64,000 nt of DNA, from contig QZKH01000003.1 in assembly GCA_003598025.1 (NCBI GenBank), forward strand, positions 234,048-298,047. Direction: 5' to 3'. The translations under genes and the position numbers were made by a program. Below are positions 20,121 through 30,300 of the stretch, piece by piece. The DNA comes from Candidatus Omnitrophota bacterium. GTDB taxonomy: Bacteria > Omnitrophota > Gorgyraeia > Gygaellales > Profunditerraquicolaceae. Positions within the stretch are counted from its first letter, which is position 1, and every line of letters begins with the position of its first letter. The notes beneath the pieces were generated by a model. It saw only the letters and a program-made list of their open reading frames with translations. It was not told the origin of the DNA and did not search any database.

Positions 20121-21347
20121 CTATTGAAATCGGATTTTTACTGACTCCATATGCTTAGATAAACCCTCTATTGAAGCGATCTTTTCAAGAGGCTCCCTGA
20201 CTTTCTCAAGTGATTTCTTTGAATAGCTTATAATATGGTTGCATTTAAGAAAATCGCAAACAGATAATCCGGAGAAAAACCTGGCAGTCCCCGAAGTAGG
20301 CAATACATGGCTGGGCCCTGCAACATAATCCCCCACTGCGGTAGGAGAATACGGCCCGAGGAAAATCGCCCCTGCGTTTTTAATGCCCCTGACAAGCCTC
20401 CTGGGGTTATTAACAAGTATCTCCAGGTGTTCAGGCGCTATTCTGTTAGCTACATCAACAGCCTGTGATAAGTTCTTCGTAAGGACGATAAAGCCATTCA
20501 TGCCTTCCAGACTTGATTTAATTAATTTAGCCATCTTCTTTGAATTCGTAATCAATACTGCCAAGCCCTGGGCGTGCTCAGCCTGCGCTTTTAAATCGGC
20601 TATTATAAATTTAGGGTCGCTGAATTGATTAGCGATGATGACTAATTCTGTGGGGCCTGCGATCATATCGATATCCGTATAACCAAAAACCTGGCGCTTA
20701 GCTTCACTCACATACATATTCCCCGGCCCGACTATCTTGTCAACTTTAGTTATGGTCTTTGTCCCGAAAGCAAGAGCGGCTATGCCCTGAGCGCCGCCTA
20801 CTCGGTATATTTCATTTACTTTTAACAGATCAGCGACAACCAATATATGCGGGTTAATGGCGCCATTAGCATCGGGAGGACTGATTAAAACTATCTTTTT
20901 AACACCGGCGATTTTTGCCGGTAAGACTGTCATATAAACACAAGAGACCAGCGGCGCTGTCCCTGCCGGTATATAAACCCCGACCTTCTCAATAGGCTCG
21001 TATTTTTCACCGAGGATCACGCCATCTGAACCCCTGGTCCTCCATGACCTTTTAAGAGTTTTATTATAAAACTTAGTAACATTATCGATAACTATCTTTA
21101 AATTCGAGACAAAATCCGGGTTTATATTCTGATAAGCGCCGCTTATATCTGCTTCAGCAACTTTCAACTGCCTTAACTGCATTTTGACTTTATCAAATTT
21201 CTTTGTGTATTTCAAAACTGCATCATCACCGTTAAAACGGACATCTTCGATGATCTTTTTAACCTTTTCCTCAATCCGCCTATAGCGGATTTGACCGCGG
21301 TTATAAATCTTGTCCAGTTGTTTGCTTGCAGGCCGTATTATTTTCAT
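20121..21347 (-). CDS. hisD: Histidinol dehydrogenase
   Basis: GGAQGIAALAFGT, VGPGN, QAEH, APEHL, GDYVAGPSHVLPT. Confidence 0.97.
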   Translation of the reverse strand: MKIIRPASKQLDKIYNRGQIRYRRIEEKVKKIIEDVRFNGDDAVLKYTKKFDKVKMQLRQLKVAEADISGAYQNINPDFVSNLKIVIDNVTKFYNKTLKRSWRTRGSDGVILGEKYEPIEKVGVYIPAGTAPLVSCVYMTVLPAKIAGVKKIVLISPPDANGAINPHILVVADLLKVNEIYRVGGAQGIAALAFGTKTITKVDKIVGPGNMYVSEAKRQVFGYTDIDMIAGPTELVIIANQFSDPKFIIADLKAQAEHAQGLAVLITNSKKMAKLIKSSLEGMNGFIVLTKNLSQAVDVANRIAPEHLEILVNNPRRLVRGIKNAGAIFLGPYSPTAVGDYVAGPSHVLPTSGTARFFSGLSVCDFLKCNHIISYSKKSLEKVREPLEKIASIEGLSKHMESVKIRFQ

Positions 21348-23962
21348 AATCTCATCTCTTTTATATATTTCTTGAACTCATTTATTGTTAATTCCAGATT
21401 CTCAGGTTTATCTCCACCGGCTTGAGCAAAATCCATCCTGCCCCCGCCGCTGCCGCCGATACTCTTTGCGATTATCCGGATAATACCGGAAGCATCCATA
21501 CCCCTCTGGCATAAATCATTGGTTAATCCGACCACCAGAAAAACCTTGCCATTGACAGAAGACCCTAAAATTATAGCAGAACTTGCGACTTTAGACTTGA
21601 GCAAATCAACAGTTTTTCTAAGTAATTCCATATCATAGCCATTAAGGATGTGCGCAATAATATTTATTCCGTTTATTGATTCCGAACCCTGGATCAACTC
21701 ATCGATATTCTGCCTGGTTATATTGAGCCTCTGAGAGTAAAGTTCTTTTTCAAGCTGCTTGAGCTTATCCTGCTTTTTATTAATCTCATCAACAATTTTG
21801 TCCTCTTCGACATTTAATATCGAACTTATTTGGGAGAGGGTGCGGGATTCTCTCTTGAGCAAATCATAAGCAGCATCGCCGGTTAAAGCCTCTATCCTTC
21901 TTATCCCTGAAGCCACCGAGCTCTCCTGAATAATCTTAAAAATTCCGATTTGCGATGTAGAAACCAAATGCGTCCCGCCGCAAAGCTCTTTAGATACATC
22001 TCCTATCTCTACAATACGGACATCATCTTCATATTTATCCCCAAAAAAAGCAAGGGCCCCGGTTTTCTTTGCCAGATTTAGCGATGTTTTCTTTACCCTT
22101 AAATCTATATTCTTAAGAATATAACTGTTTACAAGGTCTTCGATGCGCTCCAATTCCTGCTGGCTTAAAGCTTTAAAATGCGAAAAATCAAACCTGAGCT
22201 TATCAAAATCAACCAGAGAACCCTGTTGTTTTACATGCGCGCCCAGTATAGTCCTTAACGCTGACTGAAGAAGGTGCGTTGCAGTATGGTTCCTGGCAAT
22301 CGCAAGCCTTCTTTGAGCATCTATTGCAGAAACAACTTGGCTGCCCTTAATAAAACTGCCTTGCTCGACGTTTCCAAAATGCAAAATTACTTTGCCGATT
22401 TTCTTGGTATTTTTCACAGAAAAGACTGACTTACCTTTTACAATTTTTCCCGTGTCACCAACCTGCCCTCCGCTCTCTGCGTAAAAAGGCGATCTATCCA
22501 ATATTAATACTGCGCTATCTCCCTTTATGATTTTCTTGATTTCATCGTTATCTTTCAGAATCTTGATGATCTTTGACTTGCTTTCATGTTCATTATATCC
22601 GGAAAACCTTGTATCTTTGGCAACAGCTTTAAAATCACGGCTTTCAAATACATCGCCTTTCATAGCGCTCTGTACCTTTGAACGGTTTTTCTGCTCCATG
22701 ATGTTTGAATTAAGCTTACCCGTAGAAATATCTGCTTTATATTTTTCTTTTAGCCACTTAGCGGTAACCTCTATCGGCAAACCATAAGTATCATATAGCT
22801 GAAAGGCGATATCGGCATTCTCATCAGCATTGGAAGCAGACTCGGCATCCGCAAATTTCTCAGTAAGGTATTTATCGCTTGATTTCAATATATCGAGAAA
22901 ACTTTTTTCTTCGGCCAGAATAATTTCTGCGATATCCTCTTTTCTGCTGTTTAATTCAGGATATGGCTCAGACATTAACTTGGCGACTATAGGAGTTAAT
23001 TTGTACAGAAAAGGCCTTTTTACACCCATACTTACCATATGATAAACACTCTTACGTATTATTTTCCTGACGATGTATCCCCTTTTTTCATTCGAAGGCA
23101 TAACGCCATCATAAATAGAAAAAACTATTGCCCTGATATGGTCGGCGACAGCATTAATAAGCTCTGCCTCAGGTAAAACAACACTATTTTTAATCTCTTT
23201 TATAAGAGGGATAAAAAGATCAGTTTCAAAATTAGAATAGACCCCCTGCATTACCGCAGCCAGCCTTTCTAAGCCCATACCGGTATCTATGTTTTTATTT
23301 GGCAAAGGCTCAAGCAAACCCCCTTCCTTACGGTTAAACTGGGTAAAAACCAAATTCCATATCTCGACAAACCTGCCGCATGAACATCCGGGGCTGCATG
23401 AATCCTTACCGCAGCCAACGCCCTCCCCGAAATCATAAAATATTTCAGAACAAGGCCCGCATGGCCCATTAGGCCCTTTTTCTTTTGCTTCAGACGGCCA
23501 AAAATTATCCTTGTCTCCAAGTTTAACTATTTTATGGCTAGGAAGCTTTATGATTTTTAGCCATTTTTCATAAGCTTCGCTGTCATCCTTATAAACTGAC
23601 ACCCAAAGCCTGGATTCAGGTATCTTGAGTTCTTTGGTCAAAAATTCCCATGCCCAGCAAATCGCATCTTCCTTAAAATAATCACCGAAAGAAAAATTAC
23701 CCAGCATCTCAAACATCGTGTGATGGCAGGCTGTTTTACCCACCTTTTCCAGGTCATCAGTACGCAGGCATCGCTGGGCAGTAGCAGCACGCTTGAATCC
23801 GGAATTAAATCCCATAAATTCTTTCTTAAACTGGTTCATTCCGGCAGGGGTAAATAATACAGTATTATCATCATGCGGGATAAGGCTGTCGCTGGCGACA
23901 ATCTTATGCCCTTTCTGCTTAAAATACTGGAGAAATTTATTTCTTATTAAATCAGCTTTCAT
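21344..23962 (-). CDS. alaS: Alanyl-tRNA synthetase
   Basis: AGMNQFK, FEMLGNFSFGDYFK, IDTGMGLERL, NHTATHLL, ELCGGTH, GGGG..AQAGG. Confidence 0.99.
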   Translation of the reverse strand: MKADLIRNKFLQYFKQKGHKIVASDSLIPHDDNTVLFTPAGMNQFKKEFMGFNSGFKRAATAQRCLRTDDLEKVGKTACHHTMFEMLGNFSFGDYFKEDAICWAWEFLTKELKIPESRLWVSVYKDDSEAYEKWLKIIKLPSHKIVKLGDKDNFWPSEAKEKGPNGPCGPCSEIFYDFGEGVGCGKDSCSPGCSCGRFVEIWNLVFTQFNRKEGGLLEPLPNKNIDTGMGLERLAAVMQGVYSNFETDLFIPLIKEIKNSVVLPEAELINAVADHIRAIVFSIYDGVMPSNEKRGYIVRKIIRKSVYHMVSMGVKRPFLYKLTPIVAKLMSEPYPELNSRKEDIAEIILAEEKSFLDILKSSDKYLTEKFADAESASNADENADIAFQLYDTYGLPIEVTAKWLKEKYKADISTGKLNSNIMEQKNRSKVQSAMKGDVFESRDFKAVAKDTRFSGYNEHESKSKIIKILKDNDEIKKIIKGDSAVLILDRSPFYAESGGQVGDTGKIVKGKSVFSVKNTKKIGKVILHFGNVEQGSFIKGSQVVSAIDAQRRLAIARNHTATHLLQSALRTILGAHVKQQGSLVDFDKLRFDFSHFKALSQQELERIEDLVNSYILKNIDLRVKKTSLNLAKKTGALAFFGDKYEDDVRIVEIGDVSKELCGGTHLVSTSQIGIFKIIQESSVASGIRRIEALTGDAAYDLLKRESRTLSQISSILNVEEDKIVDEINKKQDKLKQLEKELYSQRLNITRQNIDELIQGSESINGINIIAHILNGYDMELLRKTVDLLKSKVASSAIILGSSVNGKVFLVVGLTNDLCQRGMDASGIIRIIAKSIGGSGGGRMDFAQAGGDKPENLELTINEFKKYIKEMRL

Positions 23963-24425
23963 AACTAGTAATTGAATCTATAATGAGGTTGGCAGGAAAC
24001 CCGCGCCTGGCAAGATACGAATAGAGCCTGTTCCTTCTTTTGCTTGGCTCCAGCTCAGCAAGTTGTTTTGATTTCTTCATTATCAAACCTTTGATTACTT
24101 CAGCCTCAGAATATTTCCCCGTTAAATCTTTTATCGTTTGATCAATAATATTATTCGAGACTCCCTTAAGCTTGAGTTCGTATTTTATTTTAGTAATACC
24201 GACTCCGCGGCTAATCCTGGTTTCAGCCCAATTCTTAGCAAATATATTATCATCGATAAAGTTATGCTCTAACAACCAGTTAATGACATTATTTATTACC
24301 CCTGCATCGTATTTCTTGCTTTTCAACCTCCGGGTTAATTCGGCAACGCTTCGCTGCCTGAATTTGAGAAGAAGAAAGGCATAATTCCTTGCCTTAATTA
24401 TCTGCGGGTTATCTATCTTGTCCAC
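23952..24425 (-). CDS. recX: Regulatory protein RecX
   Basis: RS..EL..RL, IDD..FA, ELKLKGV, YLARRGF; recA-recX-alaS synteny. Confidence 0.92.
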   Translation of the reverse strand: MDKIDNPQIIKARNYAFLLLKFRQRSVAELTRRLKSKKYDAGVINNVINWLLEHNFIDDNIFAKNWAETRISRGVGITKIKYELKLKGVSNNIIDQTIKDLTGKYSEAEVIKGLIMKKSKQLAELEPSKRRNRLYSYLARRGFPANLIIDSITSYES

Positions 24426-24436
24426 CTGGTATAATT

Positions 24437-24545
24437 ATGAAGCTCCCCGAGCTAAAGCCCGAGGTTTCTTGGAGCGAAATACTGAGCGTACACACTCCCT
24501 CCGCACCTTTCAAGGTGCGGTTTTTGTGGCCGCGAACTTATAAAA
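24437..24545 (+). mobile_element. ~109-bp two-hairpin mini-element, copy B (recA-recX intergenic)
   Basis: About 87% identical to 62489-62596 by hand count; hairpins CGAGCT-AA-AGCCCG and CCGCACCTT-TC-AAGGTGCGG. Confidence 0.85.
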
Positions 24546-24595
24546 TGTCGCCGGCGAATTTAACCAATGCGGCTTGCGCGCATTAAACGCTTAAA

Positions 24596-25618
24596 CTAAA
24601 TCTTCTTCCTTAACTCTTTTTCGATTGTTTCCTGCAGTTTAGGATTTTCCTTAAGCAGTTTTATAGCTGCTTCTCTTCCCTGCCCGATTTTCTCTTCGCC
24701 ATAAGACAACCAGGCGCCGCTTTTGTTTACTATTTCGGCGCTGATCGCAGCATCAAGTATGCTGGCAGTCTTTGATATGCCCTCATTATGCATTATCTCA
24801 AACTCTGCTTCCCTGAAAGGCGCAGCGACCTTGTTTTTTACTACTCTAGCCCTTACCCGGTTGCCTATTACCAGGTCATCTGATTTCAAAGTGGCGATTT
24901 TTCTTAAATCTATCCTCACAGATGAATAAAACTTAAGCGCCCTGCCTCCGGGTGTGGTTTCAGGAGAACCGAACATAACCCCGATCTTCTCCCTTATCTG
25001 GTTTATAAAAACCATACATGTTCGTGATTTACTGATAGCGCCAGTCAATTTTCTTAAGGCCTGGGACATCAATCTTGCCTGTAAGCCTACATGCGAATCA
25101 CCCATTTCCCCCTCAATTTCAGCACGGGGAGTCAGCGCGGCGACAGAATCAATGATAACTAAATCAACGGCATTTGAACGCACAAGCGTCTCTGCAATTT
25201 CTAGAGCCTGCTCACCGGTATCCGGCTGAGAGATTAATAGATCATCCAGGTTAACACCAACGATTTTGGCGTAATTTGAATCAAAAGCATGCTCTGCATC
25301 AATAAATGCAGCTACTCCTCCTAACGATTGGATCTCTTTAATAAGCGACAACGTAAGAGTTGTCTTTCCGGAAGCTTCAGGGCCATATATCTCAATAACC
25401 CTTCCCCTAGGAAAACCGCCGACACCAAGGGCCAAATCAAGGGTTAATGCGCCTGTAGGGATAACTTCCACATTAACCTTTACATCTGAACCCAGTTTCA
25501 TTATGGAACCTTTACCGAATTGTTTTTCGATCTGCGATAAAGCCAATTCAAGTGCTTTTTGGCGGTTAGATAGGTCTTTTGCGGGATCCTTTTGCAAAAC
25601 TTTCTTATCTACAGTCAT
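24596..25618 (-). CDS. recA: Recombinase A
   Basis: [41 protein letters not shown]; no intein. Confidence 0.99.
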   Translation of the reverse strand: MTVDKKVLQKDPAKDLSNRQKALELALSQIEKQFGKGSIMKLGSDVKVNVEVIPTGALTLDLALGVGGFPRGRVIEIYGPEASGKTTLTLSLIKEIQSLGGVAAFIDAEHAFDSNYAKIVGVNLDDLLISQPDTGEQALEIAETLVRSNAVDLVIIDSVAALTPRAEIEGEMGDSHVGLQARLMSQALRKLTGAISKSRTCMVFINQIREKIGVMFGSPETTPGGRALKFYSSVRIDLRKIATLKSDDLVIGNRVRARVVKNKVAAPFREAEFEIMHNEGISKTASILDAAISAEIVNKSGAWLSYGEEKIGQGREAAIKLLKENPKLQETIEKELRKKI

Positions 25619-25650
25619 AATTCCTCCGATAGTTTATGGTTTGAGAGATA

Positions 25651-25679
25651 ATTATATCTTACTTAATTTAGGCTGTCAA
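25651..25679 (-). promoter_or_regulatory. Consensus sigma70 promoter of recA
   Basis: TTGACA (25679-25674), 17 nt, TATAAT (25656-25651); GGAGG RBS at 25627-25623. Confidence 0.85.
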
Positions 25680-26074
25680 TCAGTTAGTTCATAGTTCATG
25701 GTTCATAGTTGACAGATAACCTGGAATTCATCGGCCATAAAAACCATATAACTATGAACTGTGAACCATAAACCCTCCTTATCTATATGACGGATTAAAA
25801 ACCTAAATCTAACACATTAGTTCATTGTTCATGGTTGATGGTTGATGGATAATATTATAAGCATATGGATTACATGGGTATCGCGTATATCGTGTTGAGT
25901 ATTGAGTATTATTCCTTCTTGCAGGCGAGTTAATAATTCACTGTTTAAGGCTCAAAGTTACTATTCTAATTATGTAAAACTTTGAACTATGAACTGGGTA
26001 CTTCTGTGTCCTTGTGACATTGTGTCTTTGTGGCTAGCTACTTTCTATGTTTCTATGAACTATGAACTAACTGA
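25680..26074. repeat. Cluster of degenerate TGAACTA/TAGTTCA heptamer arrays in both orientations, bounded by a perfect 20-bp inverted repeat
   Basis: Arrays at 25681-25715, 25743-25773, 25817-25848, 25983-25996 and 26053-26074. The inverted repeat arms are 25680-25699 and 26055-26074. Confidence 0.9.
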
Positions 26075-26076
26075 CA

Positions 26077-26105
26077 TTGACACTTATCTTAAAATATGCT
26101 ACATT
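26077..26105 (+). promoter_or_regulatory. Sigma70 promoter of the GGDEF gene (probably leaderless transcript)
   Basis: TTGACA (26077-26082), 17 nt, TACATT (26100-26105) preceded by TGn; ATG lies 7 nt downstream with no SD. Confidence 0.7.
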
Positions 26106-26112
26106 TTCTTTC

Positions 26113-27303
26113 ATGGATGAATCAATACAAAAGGTTAAGCAGGATCTTGAAAAGACAAAAGCAGAGCTGGCCATTCTCTATGAAGTCTCAAATGCAATGC
26201 GCACAACTCTTAAGCTTGATGAGATCCTTTATATAATCCTTACCGGTGTTACAGCCCATACCGGGCTAGGCTTTAACAGGGCGATTCTTTTTCTTGTTAA
26301 TGAAAATGAATCAATCCTTGAAGGAAAAATGGGCATAGGCCCTGAAACCGGAGAAGAGGCAAACCGTATATGGAACCAGATAGAACATGAAAACATGGGC
26401 CTGGATGAGCTTATAAGTGTCTATAAATCTTCGTCATTCAATGTCCTTGAATCCGGGTTCAACCAACAGGTCAGGCGTTTCAAGATACCGCTGGCAGAGA
26501 AGAATGATGACCTCTTTGCCCTGGGAGTGATGGAGGGGATGCCGCTCCTGCTTACCAAAGATGCAATAAAAGGTTACACAAATTACCCGGTGATACGCGA
26601 GTTAAAAAGCGAAGAACTCGCCATTGTCCCGCTAAAAGCTAAAGACAAGATAAACGGCCTCATCATAGCTGATAATTTTATTACAAAAAAAACCATAACT
26701 AAAGATGATATGCGTATGCTTGTCATGCTGGCTAACCAGGCAGGTCTTGCAATTGAAAACTCACAGCTTTTTGAGAAAACAATGCTCAGGGCCCACTCAG
26801 ATTCACTGACCGAATTATGGAACCACGGTTATTTTCAATATCTGCTCCAGACAGAAATTGACAGAGCCAGAGCGACAAACAATAAACTAAGCCTGATAAT
26901 GCTCGATATAGACGATTTTAAGATTTATAACGACCTTTCGGGACATCAGTCAGGGGACAGGATACTGAAAGAACTGGCTAGATTATTAAAGAACCAGTCA
27001 AGAAAAATGGACCATGTATGCCGTTATGGAGGAGAAGAATTCACCATTATACTACCCCACACCGAAGGCAACGAAGCTTATATGATAGCTGAACGCTTAA
27101 GAGAAGATGTAGAAAAATATCCTTTTTGGAAAGAAGAACTGCTTCCGAATAAAAAAGTTACGATAAGTATGGGGATTGCCACTTTCCCAATGGACGGGAA
27201 GAGCTCATCAGAGCTGATATCGGCATCCGATATAGCCCTATATCAAGCAAAAGCAAAAGGAAAAAACAACACCTTCCTCTACAAAACCCCAACCGGTATT
27301 TAA
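26113..27303 (+). CDS. GAF-GGDEF diguanylate cyclase
   Basis: GAF domain (VPLKAKDKINGLIIADN..LANQAGLAIEN), DSLTELWN, DIDDFK.YND..GH..GD, RKMD I-site, RYGGEEF. Start moved from the TTG at 26077 (which is the -35 box) to ATG 26113. Confidence 0.93.
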   Translation: MDESIQKVKQDLEKTKAELAILYEVSNAMRTTLKLDEILYIILTGVTAHTGLGFNRAILFLVNENESILEGKMGIGPETGEEANRIWNQIEHENMGLDELISVYKSSSFNVLESGFNQQVRRFKIPLAEKNDDLFALGVMEGMPLLLTKDAIKGYTNYPVIRELKSEELAIVPLKAKDKINGLIIADNFITKKTITKDDMRMLVMLANQAGLAIENSQLFEKTMLRAHSDSLTELWNHGYFQYLLQTEIDRARATNNKLSLIMLDIDDFKIYNDLSGHQSGDRILKELARLLKNQSRKMDHVCRYGGEEFTIILPHTEGNEAYMIAERLREDVEKYPFWKEELLPNKKVTISMGIATFPMDGKSSSELISASDIALYQAKAKGKNNTFLYKTPTGI

Positions 27304-30300
27304 GCGGGGACAAGGTCAGCCTGTTTGTCTTTTATCCCTTTATTCTGGGAAAATTTAACTGAGACAATCTTGGAAACCCCAGATTCTTCCATTGTAATAC
27401 CGTACATTACATCAGCATTCGCAATTGTCTTCTTGTTATGCGTAATTACGATAAACTGGGAGGTTTCTGTAAAGTCCTGCAGTATCCTGCCGAACCTGTC
27501 AACATTTGCTTCGTCAAGAGCAGCATCAATCTCATCTAATACACAAAATGGTGCAGGTTTAACCTTGAATATCGCAAACATAAGCGCTATTGCAGACATG
27601 GATTTCTCCCCGCCGGAAAGAAGCAGGACATTTTGCAATTTCTTTCCCGGAGGCCTGCATACAATTTCAATGCCAGACTCAAGCGGGTCCTGCTCATCAA
27701 TAAGAAAGATCTGACCGTCACCCCCGTTAAATAAAAGCCTGAAGTAACTGCGGAACTCCTCCCTGACTTTTTCAAATGTCTCAAGAAACATCTTTTTTGT
27801 CGTGCGGTTTATCTTTAATATGGCTTCATGCAGCGATTCCTTAGAAGAAACCAGATCGTTCTGCTGCTGCACGAGAAAATCGTAACGCTTCTTAAGCTCA
27901 TCGTATTCTTCTATTGCAACAAGGTTAACCGAACCGTAAGAATCAACCCTGTTCTTGAGTTTTTCTATCTCTTGAGTTAGTACGTTTTCATCAATAGTGT
28001 CTTCGCTATGAGTCTCCTGCTCTGCCCCTAAATCAAGTTTATATGCCTGTAAAATCCTATCTTTGATGCTTTGGCACTGAAAATCAAGGTCCTTCTCCTG
28101 CATTTGTATTTCATAGATCCTGGCTTTTACCGCTTCAGCTTCTTTTCTGTTTGATTCTATCATTTTTACCGTTTCGCTTGTGCCTTCAGAGAGTTCCCTG
28201 AACCTGGCCTCATTTTCTTTTAGCATTTCCTGTTTGACGACTATCTCCTTGGCAAGTGCCTCGGAGGAAATACGCAAACCGCTGATTTCAGAATTAAGCG
28301 CTTCCTGTTTCTTTGACGCATCCTGCAATTGGGTATCTATACTCATTACTACATCCCTGTCCTGCTCGTAAGTTTTTTTAAGCATCATGACCGTTTCTTC
28401 TTCAGAATCTTTCTTCTCAAGCAATGCCTGTAGCTGTGTTTTTGCTTCGGCGATAGATATAAGCACGCCCTCTTTCTGCTCATTAGTAAATGTGATATTA
28501 TTTTGCTCTTTAATAATCAACGACTCCTGGGCTTTATTATTATCTTCGAGCTCTTTTTGCTGCTGGCTTATAGCCATGACTTTACCGGTAATAACCGAAA
28601 GTTCTTTGCCAAGGTCATTTAATTCAATTGTTATTACTTCCTCTTCTTCCTTTAATTTACTAAACTGTGCAGAAACCGTTTCATGATAAGCCTTTTTATT
28701 GGCTAAATTAATTTCTACAGTGCGCAGTTCTTCCTGCACCGCCGCCAGGCTTGCCTCAAGCTCTTTAATAATCAACTCCTTTTTCTCCTTGACCAGCCTT
28801 AATTCCTGTAATTTCTTATTAACCGAATCAATCAGCTGCTCAACCCTCTGCGCATCAAGATCAATCGGCTTTGCTTCTCCGGTAAGCCTTAAATTATCCT
28901 TATCATACGATTTGATCCTGACAACAAGGCCGTTCAAAATATCTGCTGGAAGCCTGTCTATCTTTATTTCGGCTTCCATAGATTCGCCGATATCTTCATA
29001 TCTGTGTTTAAGGTTGATCAGGAATTCACGCTGTGATTCAAGGGAAAGAAGCTGTTTTTCAAAACTATCTATTTCACTCTCTAGGCCAGTGAGTTCGCCG
29101 GCCTGGGACTGCCGCTCGGATTTTAATTGCTGTATCTTTTCATTAATACTTGCAAAGTTTGACTCCATAGCTGATAATTCAGAAGTTACCAAATTAAGGC
29201 TCTCTTCAATAAGGCTCTTTTCCTCGGTTATCTTTGCGTTCTCAACCTGAAGCCTTTTCTTTCTGGCAAGAAAAACCTGCTCCTGCGAGATCAGATCCGT
29301 AATCTGGTTCTTGGCTGAAGATATTTTGGACATCAATTCAAGGATATGTTTCTTGGCATTTGCTATTGCGTCCACAGAAGACCTTACGGAAAGATTAAGC
29401 TGACTGAGTTCGTCTTCTTTGGACCGGATATAGGTGTTCTTTTGGCTTATATCACTGCTGAGAGAATCAAACTCATTCTTGACCTTCATGAATTTTTCTT
29501 CATCGAATGACAGTTTCTCTTTGACTTGAGTGAGCTGTTTAGACAAATAAATCTTTGTTAATTCAAGTTCCTGTATTTTTTCTTTATTAAAATTTACCTT
29601 TTCATTGGCCCTAAAATCCTGATTATTAAGGTCAAGAATTATATCTTTGATTTTTCTGAGACTGTCTTCAATCCCTGCCAGCTCAACCTGCCTTCCGCTT
29701 ATATTCTCCTCATCCTGGCAAATTGCGGCGGACAGCTCGGCTTCTTTCGCCGTAAGTTGAGCAACATTATTCCTTATGTCATCCTTTTCAGTTAACAACC
29801 CTTTGATATGGCTGCTGGCGAGTTTAAATTCCTTAAGCTTTAATTCCTCAAATGCCTCCTTATACTTACGTGCCTTGTTAGCCTGTCTTTCCAAAGAGGA
29901 GATCTGTCTATTTACTTCAACGATTATATCATTTACCCGTAATAAGTTCTGCTGGGTTTCTTCCAGCTTCCTCAGCGCTTCTCTTTTCTGAGATTTATAT
30001 TTAGTGATCCCCGAGGCTTCATCAAAAACAAGGCGCCTGTCTTCCGGTTTGGAACTTAAAAGAAGGTCGATCTTGCCCTGTTCAACAAGAGAATAACTCT
30101 CGGCACCGATACCTGTGCCCATCAATAACTCCAGGATGTCTTTGAGCCTTACCTGGGTTTTATTAAGAAGGTATTCGCACTCCCCTGACCTAAAAATCCT
30201 CCTGGTTATCAAGACTTCCTCACTGTCAACGGCAAAATACCTGCCCTTATTATCAAAAGCAAGGCTGACTTCGGCCATGCTTAAAGGCTCTTTGGCATCT

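Noticed and set aside
803-25618. Inteins or introns in rpoB, alaS or recA
   Set aside because: Lengths are normal or short and no splicing motifs or large inserts are visible.
25953-25981. TTATGTAAAAC resembling the XerD arm of a dif site
   Set aside because: No XerC-like arm ending in TAA at the 6-bp spacing, and no switch in gene strand bias here.
25680-26074. Repeat arrays considered as a possible CRISPR
   Set aside because: The period is 7-8 nt with no constant 25-45 nt repeat separated by unique spacers, and there are no cas genes.
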